A stretch of DNA of 64,000 nt from an uncultured Bacillales bacterium. GTDB taxonomy: Bacteria > Bacillota_I > Bacilli_A > Izemoplasmatales > Hujiaoplasmataceae. Below are positions 37,984 through 47,553 of the stretch, piece by piece. The translations under genes were made by a program, and so were the position numbers. Position 1 is the first letter of the stretch. The number at the start of each line of letters is the position of its first letter. The stretch lies in the NCBI GenBank assembly GCA_942493185.1, contig OW818673.1, positions 1,823,517-1,887,516 of the forward strand. The letters are read 5' to 3'. A model generated the notes under the pieces. That model had not been told where the DNA came from and made no database searches. It worked only from the letters and a program-made list of their open reading frames with translations.

Positions 37984-37987
37984 ATAT

Positions 37988-38371
37988 TTAACCCTCCTTG
38001 TGAGCCAAATCAATAATCAAGGCAGAATCTTTTTCGTTCCAAACGGCCTTGTATTTATAAGACTCGTTGTTTCCAAATTTCAAATTCATCAATTCTGATA
38101 CTTCCAGTAAGAAAGACTTATTGCAGATTCTTGAATAACTGGATTTAACAGTAATGTTGTGTCGTTGTTCTTCCGGAATGTAACCAAGTGAGACTTCCTC
38201 TTTTGAAACAGGCTTGACGGCGATTAACTTGTTAACGCGGTCAAGACCCAGCAAAACAACGTACGCGTTTTCAAAATACGTGCTAGCCGATTTGTTTAAT
38301 GTGATATTCGCCTCATACAGTGTAGCGATATCATCCAGTGGCTTTTTTGATGCCCAGACAAAGTTTGTCAT
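37988..38371 (-). CDS. Hypothetical cytoplasmic protein, first gene of the NfeD/RDD/SPFH operon
   Basis: About 127 aa from the ATG at 38371 (ggagg RBS 8 nt upstream). Its stop is 4 nt before the NfeD ATG. I recognise no family. Confidence 0.55.
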   Translation of the reverse strand: MTNFVWASKKPLDDIATLYEANITLNKSASTYFENAYVVLLGLDRVNKLIAVKPVSKEEVSLGYIPEEQRHNITVKSSYSRICNKSFLLEVSELMNLKFGNNESYKYKAVWNEKDSALIIDLAHKEG

Positions 38372-38538
38372 TGATTCAACCTCCATTATACGCATATCTT
38401 TTTACATTGCTAATTATATCATGTCACTTTTAGAATATCAAGTATTATTTTAAATTATTTTTAATTATTTTGAATAACAACACTGTTTACAAAACCCACA
38501 TTATTCAGTATAATAGAGAGTCTAAGATGAGGTGTACC

Positions 38539-39363
38539 ATGAGAGAATTTGGTTTTCAACAAGCAGTAGAACGCAGTTTAATTAAAAGTTACAAAGGCCC
38601 CATCTATTCTAAGTTTTTAGAAGCCATTGACTTGTATCAACTGATTCAACCGGGCGATAAAATCGCTGTGGCATTATCGGGGGGTAAAGATAGCTTGGTG
38701 ATGGCCAAATTATTCCAAGAATTAAAAAGACACGGATCAATCGATTTTGATTTGGTGTTTTTGACAATGGATCCGGGATATTACGAACAAGATCTACAAA
38801 AGCACCTAGACACTTGTGCCAAATTAGGCATTGAAGTTATTGTCGAAAAGTCGAATATTTTTTCGATTACTGACGATATTGCCAAAGAAAATCCTTGTTA
38901 TCTCTGCGCTCGTATGCGCAGGGGATTCCTTTATAAGTTTGCGCAACAATATGGATGCAATAAGTTGGCTCTTGGGCATCACTTTGATGATGTCATTGAA
39001 ACAACCATGATCAACATCCTTTATGCCGGTTGTTTCAAAACGATGTTACCAAAAGCCAAATCAGAAAACTTTGAAGGACTAGAATTAATAAGACCGATGT
39101 ATCTTGTAAAGGAAAAAGACATTATCCGATTTGTTAATAGACATCATTTGGAAGCCATGAGCTGTGGTTGTAAAATCGCAAGGAATGAGTTAGACTCAAA
39201 ACGAAAAGAAATCAAAACACTCATTGAATCGTTACGGAAAGTCTATAAGAACATTGATATCAATATCTTTCGATCCGCTGAGAATGTGAACATTCAAAGT
39301 ATCTTAGGCTATTACGATGACGATGCAAAACATAGCTTCTTAGATCATTATAACAAAGATTAA
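38539..39363 (+). CDS. ttcA: PP-loop ATPase, tRNA 2-thiocytidine synthetase TtcA-like
   Basis: SGGKDS PP-loop, and CYLCARMRRG and CGC cysteine motifs. The upstream part of the ORF-track frame contains the promoter (agtataat, 38506-38514), so I prefer the ATG at 38539 (RBS gaggtg). Confidence 0.8.
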   Translation: MREFGFQQAVERSLIKSYKGPIYSKFLEAIDLYQLIQPGDKIAVALSGGKDSLVMAKLFQELKRHGSIDFDLVFLTMDPGYYEQDLQKHLDTCAKLGIEVIVEKSNIFSITDDIAKENPCYLCARMRRGFLYKFAQQYGCNKLALGHHFDDVIETTMINILYAGCFKTMLPKAKSENFEGLELIRPMYLVKEKDIIRFVNRHHLEAMSCGCKIARNELDSKRKEIKTLIESLRKVYKNIDINIFRSAENVNIQSILGYYDDDAKHSFLDHYNKD

Positions 39364-39379
39364 TGGTGGACATGTGAAG

Positions 39380-39414
39380 AAAAAAAGCAGTCGATGAATT
39401 TCGACTGCTTTTAT
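39380..39414. terminator. Bidirectional terminator (ttcA / mnmE convergent)
   Basis: Perfect 10-bp stem aagcagtcga / tcgactgctt, 6-nt loop, A-run and T-run flanks. Confidence 0.8.
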
Positions 39415-39433
39415 AATGGTTTCACGTGAAACA

Positions 39434-40783
39434 TCATTTTCCTAAACAAAACTTTGAAAATAGGGTTGAAATCAAAGTATCGGTCCCGTTTTCACCGGTA
39501 ATTTCACCTAAAGCATCCCATGCATGGCGTAAATCGATTTCAACCATATCGACAGGATACTCATTATTAGCTCCATTAATGGCGTCTTGTAAGGCTTTTT
39601 TTGCTTCCTTTAGTTTTCCTATATGACGGGTATTAGACAACATGACCTCTTGATCGCCCACAAGCTTCTCATCAATGAAAAGGCGTTTGACTTCTGATTC
39701 CAATGTTTCAATTCCGGTCTTATTTTTAGCGGAAATGCGAATCATTTTTACAGTATCTAAATCGGTATTAGAACCTAAATCGTGTTTGTTTCCCACGATG
39801 ATTCTAACTTTATCCTTAGTCATTTCAAGCAATTCTTTATCAGCATCGGTCAAAGATTGACTCTGGTCTAAGACGAGAAGAACAAGGTCCGCTTCATTCA
39901 GTGCTTTTTTTGCTCGGTCAATCCCGATTTTTTCGACCACGTCATTCGTCGAACGAATACCGGCGGTATCGATTAATTTTAGCAAGATTCCCCCTAAGTT
40001 TAGTTCGCCTTCAATGAGATCTCTTGTAGTCCCTGAAATTTCGGTTACTATCGCTTTTTCCTCGCGAAGTAAGGTATTTAATAGGCTGGATTTACCAACG
40101 TTAGGTTTGCCAATAATGACGGTTTTAAGGCCATCACGGATGATTTTACCGGTATTTGATTTAACTAAAACCTCATCAATTTTATCGATTAACGCGGTGG
40201 CTTCAGGGATAATGATGGCATTGGTCATTGTAATGGCATCGTCATATTCGGGGTAGTCAATGTTGACTTCGATTTTCGCCATTAAGGTTAACAAGTCGGC
40301 TTGTAACTCTGATATGAGGTTTTTTACTTGACCACTCAGGCCTTGATTCGCAATTTGTAACTGTGTCGATGTTTTGGCATTCACCATGTCCATAATACTT
40401 TCGGCTTGTGTCAAATCAATTCGTCCGTTTAAATAAGCGCGTTTGGTAAACTCGCCAGGTTCGGCTAAACGGCAACCATTTTTGATTAAAGATTCAACGA
40501 TTTTATCAGCGATTAAATAACCGCCATGCGTACTAATTTCTACAACATTTTCAGACGTAAAGGATCTAGGCTCACGAAAAATAGCGACCAATACTTCATC
40601 TAATATCGTTTTTTCATCGACGATATGGCCATAATGGACGGTATGCGAAGGTTGTTCAATGAGCGGCTTTCCGTCAAAAAGTTTAGCGACAATTTGAATG
40701 GCATCGCTTCCTGATACTCTTATGACATTTATGGCGCTGATTCCTCTTAATGTTGCAATTCCTACAATCGTATCAAATAACAT
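39434..40783 (-). CDS. mnmE: tRNA modification GTPase MnmE
   Basis: 449 aa with G-domain GKPNVGKSSLLN, DTAGIR and the diagnostic C-terminal CLGK tetrapeptide. Confidence 0.96.
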   Translation of the reverse strand: MLFDTIVGIATLRGISAINVIRVSGSDAIQIVAKLFDGKPLIEQPSHTVHYGHIVDEKTILDEVLVAIFREPRSFTSENVVEISTHGGYLIADKIVESLIKNGCRLAEPGEFTKRAYLNGRIDLTQAESIMDMVNAKTSTQLQIANQGLSGQVKNLISELQADLLTLMAKIEVNIDYPEYDDAITMTNAIIIPEATALIDKIDEVLVKSNTGKIIRDGLKTVIIGKPNVGKSSLLNTLLREEKAIVTEISGTTRDLIEGELNLGGILLKLIDTAGIRSTNDVVEKIGIDRAKKALNEADLVLLVLDQSQSLTDADKELLEMTKDKVRIIVGNKHDLGSNTDLDTVKMIRISAKNKTGIETLESEVKRLFIDEKLVGDQEVMLSNTRHIGKLKEAKKALQDAINGANNEYPVDMVEIDLRHAWDALGEITGENGTDTLISTLFSKFCLGK

Positions 40784-40849
40784 AGTATCACCAATAATAT
40801 TTTATCATAAGTTGAGTCATTTATTGTATAATACATGATGGGTGATAGC

Positions 40850-41329
40850 ATGAAGCAATATAAGAAACCAGCAAAATTTTATCTGACGTTATTTATCATT
40901 ACCTTTGGGGTTGTTGGAGCGTACACGCTCTATTTGTTTTTTACCGATGCATTGACGGGACCAGACATTTGGAACCTCCTCGTTTTACCGGTTATTTTTA
41001 CAGGAATTTACTGGGCCGGAGATTCGGTTATGCAAAAGATTAAAGACAAACGTTATAAAACCAATTACGAAGATCAATTCTTAGAACTGGTGAACAATAA
41101 AATGCGTTCTTCAAATCAATTTTTGATTGAAGATTTTCGTCGCATTCAAATGAACGCCAAATTTCAAGAATCTTTGAAGATGGCCTATTATATTTATCAA
41201 AACGACGAAAATGATGTATTTACACTTTCAAAACTCGAAAAAAAGTTTGATTCTAAATCAATTGAAGGTCGTGCAATGACTTTTGTCATCACAGAAGTTA
41301 AGGAAAAATTGGCAAATAAGTCCGAATAA
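40850..41329 (+). CDS. Hypothetical membrane protein (two N-terminal TM helices plus a soluble domain)
   Basis: ORF frame 40835-41329. The -10 element tataat at 40827-40832 makes the ATG at 40850 (MKQYKK...) the more likely start. No recognisable family. Confidence 0.5.
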   Translation: MKQYKKPAKFYLTLFIITFGVVGAYTLYLFFTDALTGPDIWNLLVLPVIFTGIYWAGDSVMQKIKDKRYKTNYEDQFLELVNNKMRSSNQFLIEDFRRIQMNAKFQESLKMAYYIYQNDENDVFTLSKLEKKFDSKSIEGRAMTFVITEVKEKLANKSE

Positions 41330-41382
41330 GCCTGTCAAAAAGCAGTGAAATAAAGTATAATAGACTCAAGGAGTTGGATACG

Positions 41383-42120
41383 ATGAAGAGCCTTTCCGGA
41401 TTGATTATACAAAACGGTATCGCATACGGAAAAGCCCATCTATTGGTTCCGGCGGCCGAATCGAATAAACCCCTTGATTTATATATAAATCAAAAAGAAA
41501 TCTTACACCAAGCTTTAAAAAGAAGTACTAAAGCGATTGAAAAAGCGGTTCAACAAAATGCGGATGCATCAAATGATGCAATTTCAATGATCTTTGAAGC
41601 GCATAAATTGATGGTGAATGATCCCATCCTTATTGATTCAACCGAACGTTATATTAATGAGGGCATGGATGCCTATCATGCGTATAAGAAAGCTACGGAT
41701 CAAGTTATCGAGCAGTTTCAACAATTAACGAACGACTATATGCGAAATCGTATCATCGACATTCAAGATGCGACGGACCGGGTATTATATTCAATACAAA
41801 ATTCCGAGTATGAACAACGACTAACTTTTGACACACCACGCGTATTAGTTGTTCAGTCAATCAAACCCTCTTTGATTTTAGGACTAGACAAACGACATGT
41901 TTGTGGCTTTTTAATTGAAAAAGGGAGTTATGATCAACACGCTTCCTTGATTGCCAGAGAAAAGAATATACCTGGAATGATTGTAGAAGATATTGTTTCT
42001 ATCATTCATTCTGAGGATTGGATTTTAGTGGATGCAAATCAAGGGAAGGTCTATATTAATCCCACCCACGCCATAGTACAATCATACAATCTTAAAGGAG
42101 TTGAAACGGATGAGCTATAA
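41383..42120 (+). CDS. Stand-alone PTS Enzyme-I-like N-terminal module (HPr-binding plus phospho-histidine swivel domain, no PEP-binding domain)
   Basis: About 245 aa. IAYGKAHLL, IFEAHKLMVNDP and DQHASLIAREKNIPGMIV align to the EI N-terminal motifs (GxAxG..., F.AH..ML.DP, TSH.AI.AR..GIPA). The ORF ends 11 nt into dnaX. RBS aaggag lies before the ATG at 41383. Confidence 0.7.
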   Translation: MKSLSGLIIQNGIAYGKAHLLVPAAESNKPLDLYINQKEILHQALKRSTKAIEKAVQQNADASNDAISMIFEAHKLMVNDPILIDSTERYINEGMDAYHAYKKATDQVIEQFQQLTNDYMRNRIIDIQDATDRVLYSIQNSEYEQRLTFDTPRVLVVQSIKPSLILGLDKRHVCGFLIEKGSYDQHASLIAREKNIPGMIVEDIVSIIHSEDWILVDANQGKVYINPTHAIVQSYNLKGVETDEL

Positions 42121-44047
42121 AGCCCTTTATCGAACCTACCGACCTGCCGATTTCAATGAAGTTGCCGGTCAAACGCATATTACGACGACCTTAAAGAACG
42201 CGCTTGTCAACGGGAAGGTTGCCCATGCTTATCTTTTTAGCGGGCCTAGAGGAACAGGAAAAACATCCATTGCAAAAATTTTTGCAAAAGCGATTAACTG
42301 TGAAAAAGCACCGACCGCCAATCCTTGTAATGTTTGTGCCAATTGTTTGGGAATTCAAAATGGATCAATTAATGATGTGATTGAAATAGACGCCGCCAGC
42401 AATAACGGGGTCGATGAAATTCGTGAAATTCGTGATAAGGTTCGTTATCTACCCGGCTACGTAAAATTCAAAGTCTACATCATCGATGAAGTACATATGC
42501 TGTCAACCGGAGCTTTTAATGCACTTTTAAAAACGTTGGAAGAACCCCCCGCCCACGTTATTTTCATTTTGTGTACCACCGAACCGCAGAAAATTCCATT
42601 GACGATTCATTCGCGTTGTCAACGGTTTGATTTTAAAGCCATTACTCCCGCAGAAATTACCGAGAAACTTCGTGAAATCATTGAAAAAGAACATATTCAA
42701 ATCGAAGAAGCGGCATTAGACCAAATCGCTTTATACGCAGAGGGTGGATTGCGAGATGCCATTGGATTATTAGACCAAACCTATTCGTATAGTCCTAACT
42801 TCATTTCCATCGACGATGTCAACCAAATCTGTGGTGCTTTGTCTTTAAAAGCACAAATGGATATTGTATCTGCCATTATGAAATTGAATGCTTCAGAAGC
42901 GATTCATTTGATGGATCAATTATTGGTATCCGGAAAAGAAGTTCAAAAGATTTGTCAAAATCTCATTCAATTTTATCGCGATATTTTGGTTTATAAAAAT
43001 GTCGGCCTCAACGACGCCACACCAAAGTTATACCAAAACGAAGACTTTATTCAATTGGCAAAAACCATGAGTAATAAACGTTTGTTCTTTTATATGGATA
43101 TTCTCAATAAGGCAGCGAACGATATCAAATGGAGCAATACCCCTCGGTTATATTTAGAATTAGCATTCATCAAAATGACTGATGAAGAACCCGGTAGCGA
43201 CGCTAAAATTTGGTCGACATTCAATGATTTAGAAAACCGAATTGGCAAGATGGAAAAAATGCCAGTTGTTGAAAAAGCAACCATTGTCGTCCCTCAACCA
43301 AAACCAGAACCCCTCGTCGTTCCTGCCGAAAAACCGGTTCTAAAACCCGTTGAAATGAAGCCGGATACCGTTCCAACTCCGGTGTCAATTCTACCGGAAG
43401 CGACGAAAATTAAGAGTGAGGAAGTCGCTATAGAAGACACCCTTTTTGATACCATTAAAACTCAAGATTTAGAGGTTTCCGCAGACTCTTTAGAAGAAGT
43501 ACAAACTCCAGGTGTTGCCCCCGCTATTTCAATTCGAAACATTGCAAATACCTATCCCATCGAATTCGTTGAAGATGTCTTAAATAACGGGAACCGCGAT
43601 GATAAAACGTATTTGATTAATCACTGGTATCAATTGTCTAGAACCAACACGTCCGGTCAAAACGAACAATACGCTTCGCTCTTTGAAACCGGTCAATTGG
43701 TGGCTAGTTCTGCCGATAAAATTATTGTCACCTTTGCCAGTCCAGGGACTTGCAACCGACTAATGAAACCCTCGGTCAAGGCCGTTATGAAATCCGTGAT
43801 GCGCAATGCGTTTGATCGTGAAATTGAATATATGGCAATTCCTACCGATGTTTTTCAAACGATATCGGATGAGTTCGCTTTCTTATGGAGACAAGGAAAA
43901 CGGAAAATAAAACTATCGCCAATCGTTCATTCTGACTTGCGTGATGTGTCAGATGAAATTGGTGAAAGTGCTCAAAAATCCGAAAGTAAAGTCGTCACAG
44001 ACGCCTTGGATATTTTCGGCGATCTTGTCAAAATTAAAAAACAATAA
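42110..44047 (+). CDS. dnaX: DNA polymerase III subunit gamma/tau
   Basis: MSYKALYRTYRP start, Walker A GPRGTGKTS, Zn module CNVCANC, SRCQRF sensor, and a Pro/Val-rich linker. I prefer the ATG at 42110. Confidence 0.96.
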   Translation: MSYKALYRTYRPADFNEVAGQTHITTTLKNALVNGKVAHAYLFSGPRGTGKTSIAKIFAKAINCEKAPTANPCNVCANCLGIQNGSINDVIEIDAASNNGVDEIREIRDKVRYLPGYVKFKVYIIDEVHMLSTGAFNALLKTLEEPPAHVIFILCTTEPQKIPLTIHSRCQRFDFKAITPAEITEKLREIIEKEHIQIEEAALDQIALYAEGGLRDAIGLLDQTYSYSPNFISIDDVNQICGALSLKAQMDIVSAIMKLNASEAIHLMDQLLVSGKEVQKICQNLIQFYRDILVYKNVGLNDATPKLYQNEDFIQLAKTMSNKRLFFYMDILNKAANDIKWSNTPRLYLELAFIKMTDEEPGSDAKIWSTFNDLENRIGKMEKMPVVEKATIVVPQPKPEPLVVPAEKPVLKPVEMKPDTVPTPVSILPEATKIKSEEVAIEDTLFDTIKTQDLEVSADSLEEVQTPGVAPAISIRNIANTYPIEFVEDVLNNGNRDDKTYLINHWYQLSRTNTSGQNEQYASLFETGQLVASSADKIIVTFASPGTCNRLMKPSVKAVMKSVMRNAFDREIEYMAIPTDVFQTISDEFAFLWRQGKRKIKLSPIVHSDLRDVSDEIGESAQKSESKVVTDALDIFGDLVKIKKQ

Positions 44048-44060
44048 AGAGGTGGCTTCG

Positions 44061-44369
44061 ATGATTAATCCCCAAATGATAAAAAAACTTCAAAAGATGC
44101 AAGAAGATATGAAGAAGGCTCAAGCTGAAATCAATGCCTCCACGTTTTATGGCCAAGCCGGTGGTTCGGTAGTGAAAGTAGCTGTGAAGGGAACCAAAGA
44201 AGTCATCAGCATTGATATCAAAAAAGATGAAATCGATTTATCAGATTTGGACATGCTTCAAGAAATGCTTGTAGCAGCGCTCAATGATGCTTTTAAACGC
44301 GTTGATAAAGAAGTAGAAGAAACAATGGGTTCTTTGACTCAAGGCATGCGGATGCCTGGGATGTTTTAA
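44061..44369 (+). CDS. ybaB: Nucleoid-associated protein YbaB/EbfC
   Basis: 102 aa from the ATG at 44061 (RBS agaggtgg). The MQEDMKKAQAEI...GGSVVKVAVKG pattern is typical. Conserved dnaX-ybaB-recR synteny. Confidence 0.92.
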   Translation: MINPQMIKKLQKMQEDMKKAQAEINASTFYGQAGGSVVKVAVKGTKEVISIDIKKDEIDLSDLDMLQEMLVAALNDAFKRVDKEVEETMGSLTQGMRMPGMF

Positions 44370-44371
44370 TC

Positions 44372-44971
44372 ATGGATTATCCGCAAGCCTTAGAAACATT
44401 GATTCAAGAATTTATGAAATATCCTGGCGTTGGACGTAAAACGGCGGAACGATATGCTTTATTCACCGTCAATAAAATGGATAACGAATCCGTATCGACC
44501 TTTAGCGATGCGCTTGTGAAAGGCAAATCGCTCATCAGACAATGTTCGATTTGCGGACATTTGACAGATATTAATCCATGTGCGATATGTTCTAATCACA
44601 ACCGGATTCAGAGTCAAATCTTGGTCGTTGAAACGGCGAAAGACGTCTTCGCCATTGAAAAATCCGGACGTTACCACGGGTTATATCATGTTTTAAATGG
44701 CGCACTATCGCCTATGAACGGCGTTGGACTAGAGGATTTGAACTTACAAAGTCTATGGGTTCGAATTCAAAACGAGGAAGTTAAGGAAATCATCATTGCT
44801 ACTTCTGGCACTCAAGAGGGCGAAGCAACGGCCATGTACATCAAACGCGTTCTAAAAGACGTCGATGTTAAAGTGTCTAGAATTGGCTATGGGGTACCGG
44901 TTGGTGGTAATCTTGAATACGCTGATAGCGAGACACTTTCAAGAGCCATTGAGAACCGTCGTGAATTTTGA
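44372..44971 (+). CDS. recR: Recombination protein RecR
   Basis: 199 aa with helix-hairpin-helix YPGVGRKTAER, a C4 zinc finger CSICGH...CAIC, and a Toprim domain. Confidence 0.96.
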   Translation: MDYPQALETLIQEFMKYPGVGRKTAERYALFTVNKMDNESVSTFSDALVKGKSLIRQCSICGHLTDINPCAICSNHNRIQSQILVVETAKDVFAIEKSGRYHGLYHVLNGALSPMNGVGLEDLNLQSLWVRIQNEEVKEIIIATSGTQEGEATAMYIKRVLKDVDVKVSRIGYGVPVGGNLEYADSETLSRAIENRREF

Positions 44972-45012
44972 AAAAAAATCCTTAAAAATTGTGTTGGAAA
45001 AATATATCAAAA

Positions 45013-45021
45013 TGATATAAT
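45013..45021 (+). promoter_or_regulatory. Extended -10 (TGATATAAT) upstream of the small membrane protein gene
   Basis: Exact 9-mer 40 nt upstream of the ATG at 45061. Confidence 0.45.
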
Positions 45022-45060
45022 AGTATTACATAGTAATATTAGTCCATATGAGGTGAGACA

Positions 45061-45375
45061 ATGTCAATTCTCAATGCTTTGAGATTCAATGCAATTATTG
45101 ATACAATCAATGGTTTCTTAGAACCACTAATTACTAATGGAGTCCAATTATTACAAGGCTTTCCAATCTGGATTCAAGGTTTAATTTTGTTAGCACTCGG
45201 TCTTTTTGCCATTATCGGAGTATTCGTGTTTATCAAAAAATTCTTTAAGCTTTTTATCGTTCTCGCAATACTAGGCGCCATCGGCTATTACTTGTATTTT
45301 GAGACCGACATCATCACCAATCTACTTGGAAGCCTAACTACCGCGATTTTCACAACCCTACCGACACTGCTGTAA
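45061..45375 (+). CDS. Small membrane protein, unknown function
   Basis: 104 aa with two or three hydrophobic helices, RBS gaggtga, and its own promoter and terminator. Confidence 0.55.
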   Translation: MSILNALRFNAIIDTINGFLEPLITNGVQLLQGFPIWIQGLILLALGLFAIIGVFVFIKKFFKLFIVLAILGAIGYYLYFETDIITNLLGSLTTAIFTTLPTLL

Positions 45376-45380
45376 CAAGC

Positions 45381-45421
45381 AAAGAGTGTTGCTTTTTCCT
45401 AAAGCAAAACTCTTTTTTTTT
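45381..45421 (+). terminator. Rho-independent terminator
   Basis: Long interrupted stem aaagagtgttgcttt / aaagcaaaactcttt followed by T9. Confidence 0.8.
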
Positions 45422-45544
45422 CATTAAAACCCATATTTATCCCACTTTTATTAGCATCATTCTCAAAGATATATAGAATATATATATTTTTGAAATTTTA
45501 TGTTTATACACGTTGCTAACACATTACGAATAGGAGAATTAATC

Positions 45545-46627
45545 ATGGAAATCAAAATGCTTAACTTAACCAAAATCTTCGTCAGTAAGGACAAAAGAGA
45601 GGTTCATGCGGTTGATCATGTCGATTTGACAATCCCGGCAGGAAAACTCATTGGCTTACTCGGACCTTCTGGTTGCGGTAAATCAACAACCCTTTATCTC
45701 ATTGCCGGTCTATTAAGACAAACCGAAGGCGAAATTTATTTTGGAGATGAAGAAGTATCAGACACCCCTCCAGAAAAACGGGGAATTGGACTGGTATTTC
45801 AGAACTACGCATTATATCCACACATGACCGTTCGTGAAAACATTCTTTTCCCACTTGAAAACCTCAAAGTAGAAAAGAATGAAGCGAAAGAACGGACCAT
45901 TGAAATGGCAAAATTGGTGGGTCTTGGCGAAATGCTGGACCGAAAACCAAAAGAACTCTCCGGTGGTCAACAACAACGTGTTGCGATTGCGCGTGCATTG
46001 GTTAAGAAACCCAGAGTTTTATTGCTAGACGAACCGCTTTCGAACTTAGATGCCCGCTTACGTTTACAAACTCGCGAAGAAATCAAACGGATTCAACGCG
46101 AAACAGGAATTACGACCGTGTTTGTAACCCATGACCAAGAAGAAGCAATGTCCATTTCTGATGAAATCGTCGTTATGAAAGATGGCGTTATCCAACAAAT
46201 GGGCAAACCCCAAGAAGTCTATGATCACCCCGTCAACCTTTTTGTTGCGAGATTCTTAGGAACACCACAAATCAATATTTTTGACGGCGTTATCAAAGAT
46301 CAAAAGATTTACATTAGCAATATGTTGGTTGGTAAAACAACGTTAGCAGATCAAACTGTCAAGATTGGTGTTAGACCAGAAGGTTTCGTTGTTGATGCAA
46401 CCAAGAAAAGCGAATTTAAATTTGAAATCGATTTGGTTGAAACAATCGGCCGCGATACAACCCTAATTATCGAAGTTCCTGGAAATGAAGGAAGCCTCCT
46501 CGATAAGATTACCTTTAAAGCCATTGTTGATGCTACGCACCGTATTCAAGCGGGTGATTGGGTTCATTTCTCCATAAAACCGGAAAAAATGCATTTATTT
46601 AATCTTGAAGGCAAGTTTCTTGAATAA
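45545..46627 (+). CDS. ABC importer ATP-binding protein (MalK/UgpC/MsmX type)
   Basis: Walker [11 protein letters not shown]-loop, LSGGQQQR, Walker B LLLDEP, and a C-terminal MalK-like regulatory/TOBE domain. I prefer the ATG at 45545 (RBS aggaga). Confidence 0.93.
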   Translation: MEIKMLNLTKIFVSKDKREVHAVDHVDLTIPAGKLIGLLGPSGCGKSTTLYLIAGLLRQTEGEIYFGDEEVSDTPPEKRGIGLVFQNYALYPHMTVRENILFPLENLKVEKNEAKERTIEMAKLVGLGEMLDRKPKELSGGQQQRVAIARALVKKPRVLLLDEPLSNLDARLRLQTREEIKRIQRETGITTVFVTHDQEEAMSISDEIVVMKDGVIQQMGKPQEVYDHPVNLFVARFLGTPQINIFDGVIKDQKIYISNMLVGKTTLADQTVKIGVRPEGFVVDATKKSEFKFEIDLVETIGRDTTLIIEVPGNEGSLLDKITFKAIVDATHRIQAGDWVHFSIKPEKMHLFNLEGKFLE

Positions 46628-46629
46628 AT

Positions 46630-47541
46630 ATGGAGACAAAAAATAACTTAAAGGCTTGGCTGTATCTTGCGCCAATGCTGATATTAATGATTGTTTTCAC
46701 CTTTTACCCGTTAATTAACGCATTTGTCATCTCGTTTTACAAAGGATACCTCCCTTTAGGAAATGATGGAGCTGGCTCTATCACCGGTTATACCTTCGCA
46801 AACTATGGTGTTATTTTAAGAAACCAATTATTCTGGGATTCGATTAAAAACACCTTCACCCTCGCTTTTGTCTCAGTACCTATTTCGATTATCATCTCTT
46901 TGTTAATTGCTGTGGCCTTAAAAGCCATTCCAAAACTTAAAGGATTTTTCCAAACCATCTTTTTCCTTCCGTATGTTACCAACGGTATCGCCGTCGGTAT
47001 GACTTTCGCGGTTATGTTCCACCGCGAATATGGATTGTTTAATTTGGTCTTAAGTTGGTTTGGCATTGCTCCCATGGACTGGATTAATGGCGGGGCAACT
47101 TGGTGGGCTCAAATGGGTGCATTAATGATTTTCACCATTTGGGAAAGTTTGGCCTTTAAAATCCTCGTCTTCGCAAGCGGACTTCAAAACATTGATAAAC
47201 AATATTATGATGCCGCAAAAATCGATCACGCGACGAAATGGACGATTTTCAAACGCATTACCATTCCACTTTTATCGCCTTTAATTCTTTATATTTCCAT
47301 TACTTCTATGATTGGCGCATTGAAAGCCTATAACTCAGTCATTGGATTATTTGGTACAAATCTAGGGGGTCAACCCTACTCGATGATTACCATCGTTGCG
47401 TTCGTCTATAAGTACCGTTCTGATTTTGCGTTTGAAGGTTATTATAGTTACGCAGCCGCAGCAGCCATCATTCTGTTTTTCATTACACTCGTTTTTTCGC
47501 TGGTTCAAACCATGATCAGCAAAAAACGCGTGCATTATTAG
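46630..47541 (+). CDS. ABC importer permease (CUT1 family, MalF/UgpA-like)
   Basis: 303 aa, 6 predicted TM helices, EAA-like loop DAAKIDHATKWTIFKRITIP. Its start is 2 nt after the ATPase stop. Confidence 0.9.
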   Translation: METKNNLKAWLYLAPMLILMIVFTFYPLINAFVISFYKGYLPLGNDGAGSITGYTFANYGVILRNQLFWDSIKNTFTLAFVSVPISIIISLLIAVALKAIPKLKGFFQTIFFLPYVTNGIAVGMTFAVMFHREYGLFNLVLSWFGIAPMDWINGGATWWAQMGALMIFTIWESLAFKILVFASGLQNIDKQYYDAAKIDHATKWTIFKRITIPLLSPLILYISITSMIGALKAYNSVIGLFGTNLGGQPYSMITIVAFVYKYRSDFAFEGYYSYAAAAAIILFFITLVFSLVQTMISKKRVHY

Positions 47542-47553
47542 GGGGTGCTGACG

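Noticed and set aside
42110-44047. Programmed frameshift or slippage site in dnaX (gamma versus tau)
   Set aside because: There is no A-AAA-AAG heptamer with a downstream hairpin. The only A-run in the linker region that I noticed (ggaaaaaatgcc near 43250) lacks the E. coli-type context. I cannot support a frameshift.
45500-45544. Pho box and alternative upstream start for the ABC ATPase gene
   Set aside because: TATACA (45505-45510) and CTAACA (45516-45521) are 11 bp apart but match TTTACA poorly, and there is no third repeat. The upstream ATG at 45500 lacks an RBS, whereas the ATG at 45545 has aggaga.
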